From the NCBI GenBank assembly GCA_036654235.1, contig JAVVSK010000001.1, positions 7,758-71,757 on the forward strand: DNA of 64,000 bases. The letters run 5' to 3'. Position 1 is the first letter of the stretch. The number at the start of each line of letters is the position of its first letter. Positions 10,295 through 19,641 of the stretch are shown here, piece by piece. The DNA is from Clostridia bacterium. GTDB taxonomy: Bacteria; Bacillota; Clostridia; Christensenellales; CAG-138. Both the position numbers and the translations under genes were made by a program. Below the pieces are notes generated by a model, which saw only the letters and a list, made by a program, of their open reading frames with translations, had not been told where the DNA came from and searched no databases.

Positions 10295-10323
10295 CAAAAG
10301 CTCCGCTGCTTTTTAAGCGGAGC
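10295..10323 (-). terminator. Intrinsic terminator of yebC
   Basis: Stem gctccgc / gcggagc (10300-10306 / 10317-10323). On the - strand it is followed by TTTTG, about 30 nt after the stop codon. Confidence 0.6.
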
Positions 10324-10352
10324 GCAGAATATACATAGAGCTAAAATAAAAA

Positions 10353-11099
10353 TCAGTCTTCTTCTTCAGGCTCAGGGAGAACGCCGTTATGATATACGTT
10401 TTGGACATCATCATTGTCGTCAAATCTTTCGAGCATACGATCTATTTTAGCCGCAAGCTCCGGATCGGTTGCATCTATTGTTGTTTGCGGAATCATTTGT
10501 ATTTCCGCCGATAAAAATTCATAGTTCATACCTTCGAGAGCATCGCGAACAGCAGAAAATTCGGTCGGCGCAGTTATAACCTCAAAGCAATCCTCAAGAG
10601 CGTTAAAGTCCTCGCCGCCGGCTTCAAGAGCCTGCATCATGACTTCATCTTCATTCGCTTTCGCAGTGCGTTCTATAACTATGATTCCTTTTTTATCAAA
10701 CATCCATGAAACGCATCCGGCAGAACCGAGGCTTCCGCCGCTTTTATCGAATATATGCCGAATTTCGGCTGCGGTTCTGTTCCGGTTATCGGTAACTATT
10801 TCGGCTATGACCGCAATACCTCCGGGACCATATCCCTCATACATTATCTCTTCATAGTTGACGTTTCCCATATCTCCGGCGGCTTTTTTTATAGAGCGCG
10901 AAATATTGTCGTTAGGCATGTTGTTTGATTTTGCCTTAGCGATAACGTCGCGAAGCTTAGAGTTATTAAGCGGATCCGCGCCGCCCTCTTTTACGGCTAT
11001 CGCTATTTCACGACCGATTTTTGTAAAAATTTTTCCCCTTTGAGAATCCGTCTTTTCTTTTTTGTTTTTAATGTTTGCCCATTTTGAATGTCCAGACAT
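10353..11099 (-). CDS. yebC: YebC/PmpR-family transcriptional regulator
   Basis: MSGHSKWANIKNKKEKTDSQRGKIFTKIGREI is the family's signature N-terminus. I chose the start at ATG 11099 (GGAGGA upstream) rather than the track's 11156. Confidence 0.92.
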   Translation of the reverse strand: MSGHSKWANIKNKKEKTDSQRGKIFTKIGREIAIAVKEGGADPLNNSKLRDVIAKAKSNNMPNDNISRSIKKAAGDMGNVNYEEIMYEGYGPGGIAVIAEIVTDNRNRTAAEIRHIFDKSGGSLGSAGCVSWMFDKKGIIVIERTAKANEDEVMMQALEAGGEDFNALEDCFEVITAPTEFSAVRDALEGMNYEFLSAEIQMIPQTTIDATDPELAAKIDRMLERFDDNDDVQNVYHNGVLPEPEEED

Positions 11100-11162
11100 A
11101 ATATTCCTCCAAATTAATTGTAAGTAAAATCCAATATTGATCCTTTGAAAAACCATAAAATC

Positions 11163-11726
11163 CTAAAAAAGTTTAAGCTCAAGACATTTTTGTTTTATCG
11201 TCAGAAGATCATCGTATGCTTCGCGTTTCTTCGAGGGATCGCGTAAAAGAGCAGCGGGGTGATAGGTGCATATTATCCATGTCCCCTGCTTTTGTTTAAA
11301 CTTTCCTCTGTCGCGGGTTATTTTAACGTCCGGGTCAAATATATATTTAGCGGCGGTCGCCCCGAGACAAACTATGATTTTCGGACGAACGAGCGCGACC
11401 TGCGCCCGAAGGTATGGAAGGCACGCATTTGCCTCAGCTTCGAGTGGGTTTCTATTCATAGGCGGACGACATTTTACTATATTCGCAATATAGACCATAT
11501 TCCGGGAAAGGTCAATAGACAGCAGCATTTTATCTAAGAGTTTGCCCGCCGCACCGACAAAGGGAACTCCGGATAAGTCCTCATCCCGCCCCGGACCCTC
11601 ACCGACGAGCATTAGGTGGGATCTAAAGTTTCCGTCCGCGATTACGACATTCGTCCGCGATTTAGAAAGCTCACATTTTTCGCAGGACTTAATATCGTCA
11701 TAGATTGTCGTCCAGTTTGTTTTCAT
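11163..11726 (-). CDS. Family-4 uracil-DNA glycosylase
   Basis: 187 aa. CEKCEL...LMLVGEGPGRDEDLSGVPFVGAAGKLLDKML matches the family-4 UDG motif A (GEGPG..ED...PFVG.AG). Confidence 0.88.
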   Translation of the reverse strand: MKTNWTTIYDDIKSCEKCELSKSRTNVVIADGNFRSHLMLVGEGPGRDEDLSGVPFVGAAGKLLDKMLLSIDLSRNMVYIANIVKCRPPMNRNPLEAEANACLPYLRAQVALVRPKIIVCLGATAAKYIFDPDVKITRDRGKFKQKQGTWIICTYHPAALLRDPSKKREAYDDLLTIKQKCLELKLF

Positions 11727-11728
11727 TT

Positions 11729-12604
11729 TCAGTCAACCCTTAAAGCTCCTACGAAGAAAAGCGCGAGAGTCCCCGGTCCACAGTGAGAACCAATAACCGC
11801 ACCGACGGACGTTATCTGTACCTCCTTTATAAAGCTGAATTTAGCTAAAATAAGTTCTTTAAGCATATTTGCGTCGTCCAAAGAATCAGCATTGGTTATA
11901 TGTATGTATAAGTTCTCGTTCTCGTCCTTTGAAATACTGTCTACCATATGATTAAAGATAGAGCGTATAGATGTTTTACGACCGTTCACTTTTTCACGCG
12001 GAATCAGTCTTCCAACATTATCCATATTCATTACGGGTTTTATTCGAAGCATTGAACCTAAAAAAGCGCTGGCAGCGCTAACTCTTCCGCTTCGCTTCAG
12101 ATAAACGAGGTTATCTACAGTATACCAATGATGTATTCTGAGCTTTAAATTTTCAGCAAAGCGTAAGGATTCGTCAAGGTCATGCCCCTCTTTCATATAG
12201 TCACAAACATGTCGAAGAAGAAGCCCTTCACCTCCTGACGCATCAAGAGAATCAACAATCTCGATACGCCTTCCCAAATATTTTTTCAAAAGCTCATCTT
12301 TAGCAAGACGCGCGCTGTTAACTGTACCGGATAGTGCGCTGGAAAAACCAATATACAGCACGTCAATATTATTGGCAATATAAGGTTCCCACATATCAAT
12401 AAATTGTTTTTCGGATGGCTGCGATGTCGTTATTACCTCGCCATTGCGCATTTTTTCGTATATCATATTAGCAGATTCGAGGGTCATATCGTCAAAATGT
12501 TCTTCATTTTTACTTATATATATCAATGGGACGAATGGAATCGAACGAAGCTCCATGAATTCGCGGGTCATATCTACAGTGGAATCTGTTGTCAATACAA
12601 ACAT
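11729..12604 (-). CDS. DegV-family fatty-acid-binding protein
   Basis: 291 aa. The N-terminus ...TDSTVDM..., TSQPS and GPGTLALFF at the C-terminus are typical of DegV proteins. Confidence 0.88.
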   Translation of the reverse strand: MFVLTTDSTVDMTREFMELRSIPFVPLIYISKNEEHFDDMTLESANMIYEKMRNGEVITTSQPSEKQFIDMWEPYIANNIDVLYIGFSSALSGTVNSARLAKDELLKKYLGRRIEIVDSLDASGGEGLLLRHVCDYMKEGHDLDESLRFAENLKLRIHHWYTVDNLVYLKRSGRVSAASAFLGSMLRIKPVMNMDNVGRLIPREKVNGRKTSIRSIFNHMVDSISKDENENLYIHITNADSLDDANMLKELILAKFSFIKEVQITSVGAVIGSHCGPGTLALFFVGALRVD

Positions 12605-12889
12605 GGAAGAAACCTCCTCAAAAATGCGATTAAAAACGCAGTTTTACATTTATTATTCTAAACATTCAAGCCCATTTAGTCAAGTGCATAGCTAGAAAGA
12701 AGGTATAATAAGCTTGCTTTTTGATATATAGAAGATTTTGGACACCTTTAGTGAGCGTAAAATCAATAAACAACCCAACTTTAGACAAAGTGTAACATTT
12801 TTGTGTATTGCTTGAAAGCGCGAACAAACGTAGGTATAATAAAAGCATAGATAACATTAGTATTTGTTTGCTGGCGGAAGGACGTTTTG

Positions 12890-13024
12890 ATGAATAAACA
12901 ATCATGGTTCAGAAGAATCAATATATTATGGTTTTACCCAATAGTTGCGGTCATTATTGGGGTTGCGGTTACGCTTTTTGCGTTTCTTTATAATGCGGGC
13001 GGTATGGCTGTGATCGTAAAATAA
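12890..13024 (+). CDS. Possible 44-aa single-pass membrane peptide
   Basis: Below the ORF-track cutoff. ATG 12890 has GGAAGGA about 9 nt upstream. The peptide is MNKQSWFRRINILWFYPIVAVIIGVAVTLFAFLYNAGGMAVIVK (basic N-terminus plus one TM helix). Confidence 0.3.
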   Translation: MNKQSWFRRINILWFYPIVAVIIGVAVTLFAFLYNAGGMAVIVK

Positions 13025-13102
13025 ATTTATAGCCGACAAAGACGCGAACCTTTTAGCATAACTTATTGCAATATATCTTATAAAACAGCGAAGGACAATA
13101 AA

Positions 13103-14443
13103 ATGACGATATTAAAGCTAAAACAAATGACGAGAATAACGCTCGCCTCTATAATATTGTGCACGTTATTTTCAGGCTGCGGCAAGCAGAGTAATAAAAT
13201 TACCGACATATATTTTTCACCGATTATGACGGCGAATCTTACCACCCAAGAGAAAACGCCCGATGCGACAATATCCCTCCCTAAAGAAACACCGGACTCA
13301 AAGCTGCGAACCGTAGACTGCGAGGCGTTTTTAAACCTACGAGAAAAGCCCAATGGCAACTCAAAGAGCCTTGCTAAAGTTCCAAAAGGAGCGACGGTAA
13401 CATTTCTCGGGTATTCGGAAACGTTTGCAAAAATAGATTATAACGGCAAAAAAGGATATATTATTGCCGGATATCTTCAGGAAATAGGTTCTCAGAGTTA
13501 TATGCGCGACCTGTCGGTCGTTTTGCCTTCCGAAGAATATTCCTACGATACATTGATAAACGATATAGAAAAATTAAAAAGCGAGTACCCGGGACGAATT
13601 TCCGTTGAAATAATAGGAAAAAGCGAAGAAGGACGTGATATACCTGTAATCATTTTTGGGAATAATGAGGCGCGCAATCACATATTGATACATGCGTCTA
13701 TACATGCCAGAGAACATATGACGAGTTTACTGGCAATGGCGCTTCTCGATTATTCGTTAGGCAGAGGAGATACACATTATAAAGATGCCGATATAGATGC
13801 GTCGTTGGAAAATGTTTGTTTTCATATCATTCCCATGATAAATCCGGATGGTGTAATGCTTAGTCAGGGAACGCGCCCTAAGGAAACTGCACTAAAAATA
13901 TATGAAAGCGACAAAAAATATGGTTATACCGACCTTTCGCAAGACGAATATTTTAGACGTTGGAAGGCGAATGCGAATGGCATTGATATGAACAGAAATT
14001 TTGACGGCGGATGGGAAAAAGAAGAGACGCGAAAGGCTCCTTCGTGTATGAACTATAAGGGTACGGGGGCGGAATGTGCGCGCGAAAGCCGTGCTCTCGG
14101 CGATTATACAAGAAGTCATAGGTTTTCTATGACGATAAGCCTGCATGCTTTCGGCTCAATAATATATTGGCAGTTTGGAGACGATGAGGCGCTTAACGAT
14201 CGCTCTCTGGATTTATCAAATACAGTCTCCAAAATCAGCGGCTTTACGACGCAAAACATGGCGAAACAGTCAGGGAGTGGCGGATATAAAGACTGGGTTA
14301 TGCAAGAACTCAAAATTCCGTCCCTTACAATCGAAATAGGCACAAGGCAATGTCCCCTTCCGCTGAATGAGTTTTCATCGATATGGCTTAGATGTAGGTT
14401 GCTTTTGCCTACTCTTGCTGATTGGATAAAGACTCAGAATTAG
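13103..14443 (+). CDS. Lipoprotein M14 zinc carboxypeptidase with SH3b-like domain (gamma-D-glutamyl-DAP peptidase-like)
   Basis: 446 aa. Lipobox LFSGC. SH3b-like LNLREKPNGNSKSLAKVPKGATVTFLG...GYIIAGYL. M14 zinc motif HASIHAREHMTS plus a later SLHAFG. Confidence 0.85.
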   Translation: MTILKLKQMTRITLASIILCTLFSGCGKQSNKITDIYFSPIMTANLTTQEKTPDATISLPKETPDSKLRTVDCEAFLNLREKPNGNSKSLAKVPKGATVTFLGYSETFAKIDYNGKKGYIIAGYLQEIGSQSYMRDLSVVLPSEEYSYDTLINDIEKLKSEYPGRISVEIIGKSEEGRDIPVIIFGNNEARNHILIHASIHAREHMTSLLAMALLDYSLGRGDTHYKDADIDASLENVCFHIIPMINPDGVMLSQGTRPKETALKIYESDKKYGYTDLSQDEYFRRWKANANGIDMNRNFDGGWEKEETRKAPSCMNYKGTGAECARESRALGDYTRSHRFSMTISLHAFGSIIYWQFGDDEALNDRSLDLSNTVSKISGFTTQNMAKQSGSGGYKDWVMQELKIPSLTIEIGTRQCPLPLNEFSSIWLRCRLLLPTLADWIKTQN

Positions 14444-14527
14444 AAAAATCAAACAAAATGAAACAAACTTAAGTTTGGCTTGAAAAATTTCAAAATATTA
14501 GGTATAATTTTAGGAGTGAGGTAGATT

Positions 14528-15430
14528 ATGTTTGATATTGCGATAATTGGCGGAGGTCCTGCTGGACTTACGGCGCTTCTCTATGCTGCAAGGAGCGGAA
14601 AGAGTGCGGTATTATTTGAAGAACTTTTTATTGGAGGGCAGGTTGTAAAAACTTCCGATATAAGAAACTATCCTGGTTTTCCAAATGGCATTGATGGGTT
14701 TACTATTGCCGAAAAAATGGAAACTCAGGCGAGAAGCCTCGGCGGTATAATAAAGCGTGAAGGCGTTTTATCCATTGATTTAGAGAATAAACGTATTAAA
14801 ACGGACGTTGAAACCTATGAAGCGAAAACTATAATACTGGCTATGGGAGCAAAACCAAGAAAACTGGGGCTTCCCGAGGAAGATCAATTCGTAGGTTCCG
14901 GGATATCCTATTGCGCTACTTGCGACGGAGCTTTTTTCGCAGACAAAACCGTTTGCGTTGTTGGTGGTGGAGATACCGCGTTTTTTGATGCACTCTATCT
15001 TTCTTCAATATGTAAAAAGGTTTATATTATTCATAGAAGAAATGAGTTTCGTGCCAATGTTTCGATGATAAATGCGGCGTTTTCCCGCGAAAATATTGAA
15101 CCGGTAAAAAGCGCTGTTGTAGAAAAAATAATAGGCGATGCTTCCCTTAATTCTGTTCTTGTTCGATCGACAATAGATAAAACTGAGCGGGAGATATTGG
15201 TGGACGGAATTTTTGTTGCAATTGGAATAGCACCTTCTACGGCGCTTGTAAAAGATAAACTGACTTTAGATAACGGTGGTTTTATAATAACGGATGAAAA
15301 TATGGGAACGAGCGTACAAGGCATTTTTGCCGCGGGAGATGTGCGCAATACGGTACTTAGGCAGATAGTTACTGCCGCATCGGACGGGGCGATAGCTGCG
15401 ACGAGCGCCGTAATGTATCTCAGCAAATAA
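14528..15430 (+). CDS. trxB: Thioredoxin-disulfide reductase
   Basis: 300 aa. FAD motif IIGGGPAG, redox-active CATCDG, second dinucleotide fold VVGGGDTA and C-terminal GIFAAGD. Confidence 0.93.
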   Translation: MFDIAIIGGGPAGLTALLYAARSGKSAVLFEELFIGGQVVKTSDIRNYPGFPNGIDGFTIAEKMETQARSLGGIIKREGVLSIDLENKRIKTDVETYEAKTIILAMGAKPRKLGLPEEDQFVGSGISYCATCDGAFFADKTVCVVGGGDTAFFDALYLSSICKKVYIIHRRNEFRANVSMINAAFSRENIEPVKSAVVEKIIGDASLNSVLVRSTIDKTEREILVDGIFVAIGIAPSTALVKDKLTLDNGGFIITDENMGTSVQGIFAAGDVRNTVLRQIVTAASDGAIAATSAVMYLSK

Positions 15431-15459
15431 ATATTTTTTATATATTGGGGAGGATGCAT

Positions 15460-16818
15460 ATGAGCAGGTTATTTGGAACAGACGGCGTAAGAGGCGTTGC
15501 AAACGATACCCTGAGCGTTAGCTTGGCTATGAAAATCGGTGTTGCGGGAGCATATGTTTTGACGAGCAAGGTACATAATCCGGTAATACTCGTTGCAGCT
15601 GATACAAGAAAATCCGGAGATATGCTTAGCTTTGCACTTGCTGCCGGAATTTGTGCCATTGGAGGAGATGTAAAGCTTTTGGGCGTACTACCCACTCCGT
15701 CCTTGCCGTATCTTACTCGACTTTATGGAGCCGATGCGGCGGTAATGATAAGCGCGTCACATAATTCAATGGAATATAACGGAATAAAATGGTTTGACAA
15801 AAACGGTTTTAAACTTTCCGATGATATTGAAGATAAAATCGAAGAAAAAATAGCCGATTTTGATAATATTTCTTTTCCTATTGGTGAACATGTAGGGAAT
15901 ATAATAAACGTAAAGCGTGCGAGAGATGATTATATGGCGTTTTTGATGAGCTGTTCCGAATATGAATTAAAGGGCATAAAAATAGCTCTTGATTGTGCAA
16001 ATGGTGCCGCTTCGGGGATTGCGCCTCTGATATTTTCAAATCTCGGAGCTACGGTATTTTCTTCGGCGAACGAACCCGACGGTTGTAATATCAACAGAAA
16101 TTGCGGTTCTACACATTTGAGCCATATTTCGGAATTCGTTGTAGAGTCCGGAGCGGACGTTGGATTCGCATATGACGGAGACGCGGATCGGGTTCTCGCC
16201 GTTGATGAGCGCGGAAATATTGTAGATGGCGATAAGCTAATGGGCATATGCGCAAAGAAGCTAAATGAAAACGGGAAACTAAAGGATTCAACTCTTGTTG
16301 CGACGGTTATGTCGAATATAGGCTTAACACATAGCATGAAGGAAGCAGGAATAAATATAGTTGCTACTAAGGTTGGGGATAGGTATGTTCTAGAGCGAAT
16401 GAGAGAGAATGGCTATGCTTTAGGTGGAGAACAGTCTGGTCATATAATATTTTACGATAAGAATACTTCGGGAGACGGGATCCTAACCTCGATAATGATA
16501 ATGAATATACTTAGAAAGACGAATCTTCCGCTATCCGTCCTTGCGGATGAAATTCGGATTTTCCCGCAGATATTAGTCAACGTTGAGCTGACTAATGAAA
16601 ATTTAAATGTTGCTATGGAAGACGTTAAGCTTTGCGAGTATATAGGAAAGATTCAATCGGAGCTTGGGGATGACGGGAGAGTTTTAGTGCGTAGTTCAGG
16701 CACTGAGCCGTTGATTCGTATTATGATAGAGGGTATAGATACGGACGATATACGGGAAAAGGCGCTTTCAATAGCTGACATATTGATAGATAACTATGAT
16801 GGAGTACTGAGAAAATAA
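15460..16818 (+). CDS. glmM: Phosphoglucosamine mutase
   Basis: MSRLFGTDGVRGVAN start, active-site SASHNSMEYNGIK, and DGDADR. I chose the start at ATG 15460 (GGGGAGG 6 nt upstream) rather than the track's TTG 15445. Confidence 0.95.
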   Translation: MSRLFGTDGVRGVANDTLSVSLAMKIGVAGAYVLTSKVHNPVILVAADTRKSGDMLSFALAAGICAIGGDVKLLGVLPTPSLPYLTRLYGADAAVMISASHNSMEYNGIKWFDKNGFKLSDDIEDKIEEKIADFDNISFPIGEHVGNIINVKRARDDYMAFLMSCSEYELKGIKIALDCANGAASGIAPLIFSNLGATVFSSANEPDGCNINRNCGSTHLSHISEFVVESGADVGFAYDGDADRVLAVDERGNIVDGDKLMGICAKKLNENGKLKDSTLVATVMSNIGLTHSMKEAGINIVATKVGDRYVLERMRENGYALGGEQSGHIIFYDKNTSGDGILTSIMIMNILRKTNLPLSVLADEIRIFPQILVNVELTNENLNVAMEDVKLCEYIGKIQSELGDDGRVLVRSSGTEPLIRIMIEGIDTDDIREKALSIADILIDNYDGVLRK

Positions 16819-16868
16819 CTAAAGTATAAAATTAATTTTGAACATACTGGGTAAAAAAAACAATAAGT

Positions 16869-16901
16869 CGCGGCTTTCGTTAAATCGGAGCCGCGTTTTT
16901 T
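16869..16901 (+). terminator. Intrinsic terminator of glmM
   Basis: Stem cgcggct (16869-16875) / agccgcg (16889-16895) followed by TTTTTT. Confidence 0.7.
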
Positions 16902-17012
16902 AACGCTCAAAAGATAATATGCAAGAGAATCAGTTTTTTTGACGCTTGAATATAATACCCTAAAGAAACGATTTGCGGATTAAAGTCCGTAGATTCGGAG
17001 GACAATGTTTTT

Positions 17013-17198
17013 ATGTTCAACCCATTTATGAACCGACGTTCCGTTGTACGGCGAAAGCGAAGAAAGGATAGCGGTCTTATAATCGCTATATTATTTTTTG
17101 CGTTATTTTTATTGGTACTATTTGCGCCGCTTTGGATAGTTGTGTTGATAATAGCGCTATCCGTTATAGGTATTATTCTCCTAAACAAGCAGTGCTGA
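17013..17198 (+). CDS. Small hypothetical membrane protein (61 aa)
   Basis: Arg/Lys-rich N-terminus (NRRSVVRRKRRKD) followed by about 40 hydrophobic residues. GGAGGA lies about 10 nt upstream. Confidence 0.4.
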   Translation: MFNPFMNRRSVVRRKRRKDSGLIIAILFFALFLLVLFAPLWIVVLIIALSVIGIILLNKQC

Positions 17199-17223
17199 AG
17201 TTCGATAATAGATTGACTTATTT

Positions 17224-17496
17224 TTATTTTTTATCGTTCTCACGGTGCTCTTCAATATGCACTCCTAATTTGTAAAAAATTAACGATAGTACAAAAGATG
17301 ATACACATCCGATAATAATTATAGCTATACCAATCCAAGCGTTAGAAAAGCTATTTTTATAGGGACTTATTGATCTTTCCAAGAGGGACGCATCGGTAAC
17401 TATTGTTAACATTCCAAACAGTATTGATAAACAAACGCCGCCACATACTATTATTTTAGCTAAAATTTTAATTTTTTTGCCAATATTACTATGCAT
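17224..17496 (-). CDS. Small hypothetical membrane protein (90 aa, two predicted TM helices)
   Basis: Hydrophobic stretches IIVCGGVCLSILFGMLTIV and WIGIAIIIIGCVSSFVLSLIF. Convergent with 17013..17198. Confidence 0.45.
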   Translation of the reverse strand: MHSNIGKKIKILAKIIVCGGVCLSILFGMLTIVTDASLLERSISPYKNSFSNAWIGIAIIIIGCVSSFVLSLIFYKLGVHIEEHRENDKK

Positions 17497-17710
17497 AAGA
17501 AACCCCTTTCATATATAACTGCAATAACTATAACAAAAAATAATATTTTTGTCAACAACAATTATGCATAAAGACGAAATAATATTAACTTGTGTGGACG
17601 ATAATAAAACAGAAGCGATATATTAGTTTGTTCGCAAGACTGTGTGAAAATGAAGAGGTATAGAGAAAGCAAATCGCAGACAAAGGGTGAAAAGTAAAAA
17701 ATACAGGATT

Positions 17711-18055
17711 TTAAGCCTGTATTTCTTTCAACAATTTCCATGTTCCCAATATTTGCACCACGTTTTTGATATTGTAGGTAAAAAAGTGCATACAAGATTC
17801 GCCCCGCACACTTTTTGTACCTCCGGTCAGAAAATATGTGAAGCCAAATGCGCGTTTTACTGTGCCGAACGGATGCTCTGCCAAGCATTTTCGCTGCTTA
17901 AACAGTTCTTGTCTATCCACACGGTCAGCGAACCGCCGATGCAATGCTCCGGAACGGAATATTTTCGACACGCAGCCGGGTTCGTATAGTTTTCTTTTTC
18001 GCGCTTTGAAGTGGAACGCTTTTTCACATGAGCTAACACAATTGCCTAGGGGCAA
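17711..18055 (-). pseudogene. IS1182-family transposase, C-terminal fragment only
   Basis: The 114-aa frame ends ...AEHPFGTVKRAFGFTYFLTGGTKSVRGESCMHFFTYNIKNVVQIL, the conserved C-terminus of IS1182/IS5-like DDE transposases. No N-terminal or catalytic region lies upstream. Several overlapping ORFs in the track are shadows of this fragment. Confidence 0.65.
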
Positions 18056-18170
18056 ATGTAGGCATCTAAATCTTCATTTCCGGATAAATTTTGACAGAAA
18101 AATACCGCATTTAAGTTTGCGTTTTCATAAAGTCTAGCGCACTGCCTCAATTTCGCATTTGTGAAAAAAA

Positions 18171-18503
18171 TTGATGGAGGAAATCAGAAAAAACAATTTT
18201 CTCGTTCTTGCCTATTCCATTTATTACAGCAATCTTCCCAAAATCATGCGCGATTTTTTGATGGCGCACAGCGCTGATTTTGTAGGGAAAACGGTATTCC
18301 TCCTCGCCACGATGAGGCTGTTCAGCGGCGATGGCACCGGCTGCGCCGCAAGGGTATTGCAAAAATGCGGTGTAGAAATTGTGGGCGGGATGCATCTGAA
18401 AATGCCCGACTGCATCGGCGACGAAAAAGCACTGAAAAAATCGCTTGAAGCAAAGAAGGAAAGATACTTATCCGCCAAAATAATGTTCTGCAGGTCTGCC
18501 TAA
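18171..18503 (+). pseudogene. Flavodoxin-like (EFR1-type) protein fragment
   Basis: NFLVLAYSIYYSNLPKIMRDFL...GKTVFLLATMRLFSGDGTGCAARVLQKCGVEIVGGMHLKMPDCIG resembles the middle of flavodoxin-fold proteins. Both ends are missing. Confidence 0.45.
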
Positions 18504-18576
18504 TATATTGACATTATTCAGACATTAGAATATAATTAAAAAGAATAAATCAAGGATACGAAGGATACGTCTGTGT

Positions 18577-18756
18577 ATTTATAAGGAAGCCTGCACCAAT
18601 GATGCCTGTAAAGAAAACCCTATGCGGAAATATAAAAAAGCTTTGAAACTTTCCGATAGAACATATATTTGTGCTGAAGGTGGAAATGTAATCGACAGAG
18701 ATTATCAAGCAAGTGTAAATTTAAAGCAATACGGAATCAATCAGCTATCAGCATAA
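18577..18756 (+). pseudogene. TnpB (IS200/IS605-family RNA-guided nuclease) C-terminal remnant
   Basis: The frame ending at TAA 18754-18756 reads ...EACTNDACKENPMRKYKKALKLSDRTYICAEGGNVIDRDYQASVNLKQYG. This corresponds to the zinc-ribbon/RuvC-III end of TnpB (C..CG...L.LS.R.[YF].C..CG...DRD.NA[AS].N[IL]), but the second CxxC is degraded to CAEGG. Stops lie immediately upstream. Confidence 0.5.
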
Positions 18757-18909
18757 ACGATATGATTGATATGTACGCATGCGTTAGTGCAGAATTTACG
18801 TCTTTGGAGAGTACATGAACTTGTTAGTAGATTTGAGAAATCATTTCGAACGCATACTCGTTGAAAAATGAATGAAACATAAAAGTTATAACTTTTTTAT
18901 AAGTTTTCA

Positions 18910-19499
18910 GTAACGGCTACCAATGCTTACAACGAGCTTTACGGCATCGACCGGATGCTTAAGGCGCTCAACCTTAGCAAGGATGCAAGCTGCAAAACAC
19001 TGCTGCATAGGATGAAAGAGGACATTGACTTGTTTCTTGGGGCGGCACCCCAATTCGACGACATCACAATGCTGAGTCTTGAACTGATGCCCCGGAAAGG
19101 CTCCGCTATGAAAAAGTTGAAGCTTTTTCCCACTCTAGAAGTTATTGACGAAGTGGTCGCCTTTTGTGGAACAGGAGTTGGAAACAGCGGGCATTTCGAT
19201 GAAAAGAATTATACAGATGAACATTGCGGTGGATGAAATATTTTCAAACCTTGCTCGGCATTCAAACACCACCGACGCTACCGTAGGCGTGATTGTGGAA
19301 GACGGGCGTATCACTGCGTTTTGCCGACAACGGACATCCCTATGACCCAACGGAGAAGCCGAATCCGGGCATCGCCCTTCCCGCCGATGAGCGGGATATT
19401 GGCGGGCTTGGAATTTTTATGGTGAAGAAATCCATGGACACCGTTGAATATGAGTATCATGATGACTTCAATATTTTGACATTGACAAAGAGCAGTTAG
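18910..19499 (+). pseudogene. 5'-truncated, twice-frameshifted PP2C (SpoIIE-type) phosphatase fused to an RsbW-like GHKL (HATPase_c_2) module
   Basis: Three overlapping frames (18955..19236, 19145..19345, 19293..19499) join into ...LYGIDRMLKALN...APQFDDITMLSLEL (PP2C end). This is followed by ...NIAVDEIFSNLARHS...FADNGHPYDP...DIGGLGIFMVKKSMDTVEYEY (N-box and G-box pattern of anti-sigma-type kinases). Confidence 0.6.
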
Positions 19500-19641
19500 C
19501 TTTTTAGGAGGATTGATTACAAAACGAACCATTTTACTTTTGTTGCGCGCATCGGTGCGTTCACCGTGCGCTTTTACCGGCTGATCACCGAATTTAAGCG
19601 TACAAAATAAACAGCCCATAAAAAATAAGGAGAGTTTTACT

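Noticed and set aside
12666-12905. 79-aa minus-strand ORF in the DegV / carboxypeptidase intergenic region
   Set aside because: It has no RBS and an odd composition. It overlaps the likely promoter region and the better-supported small plus-strand ORF.
17562-18137. Five overlapping 60-114-aa ORFs on both strands
   Set aside because: They are all frames over one IS1182 transposase fragment. Only the minus-strand frame 17711..18055 has recognisable homology.
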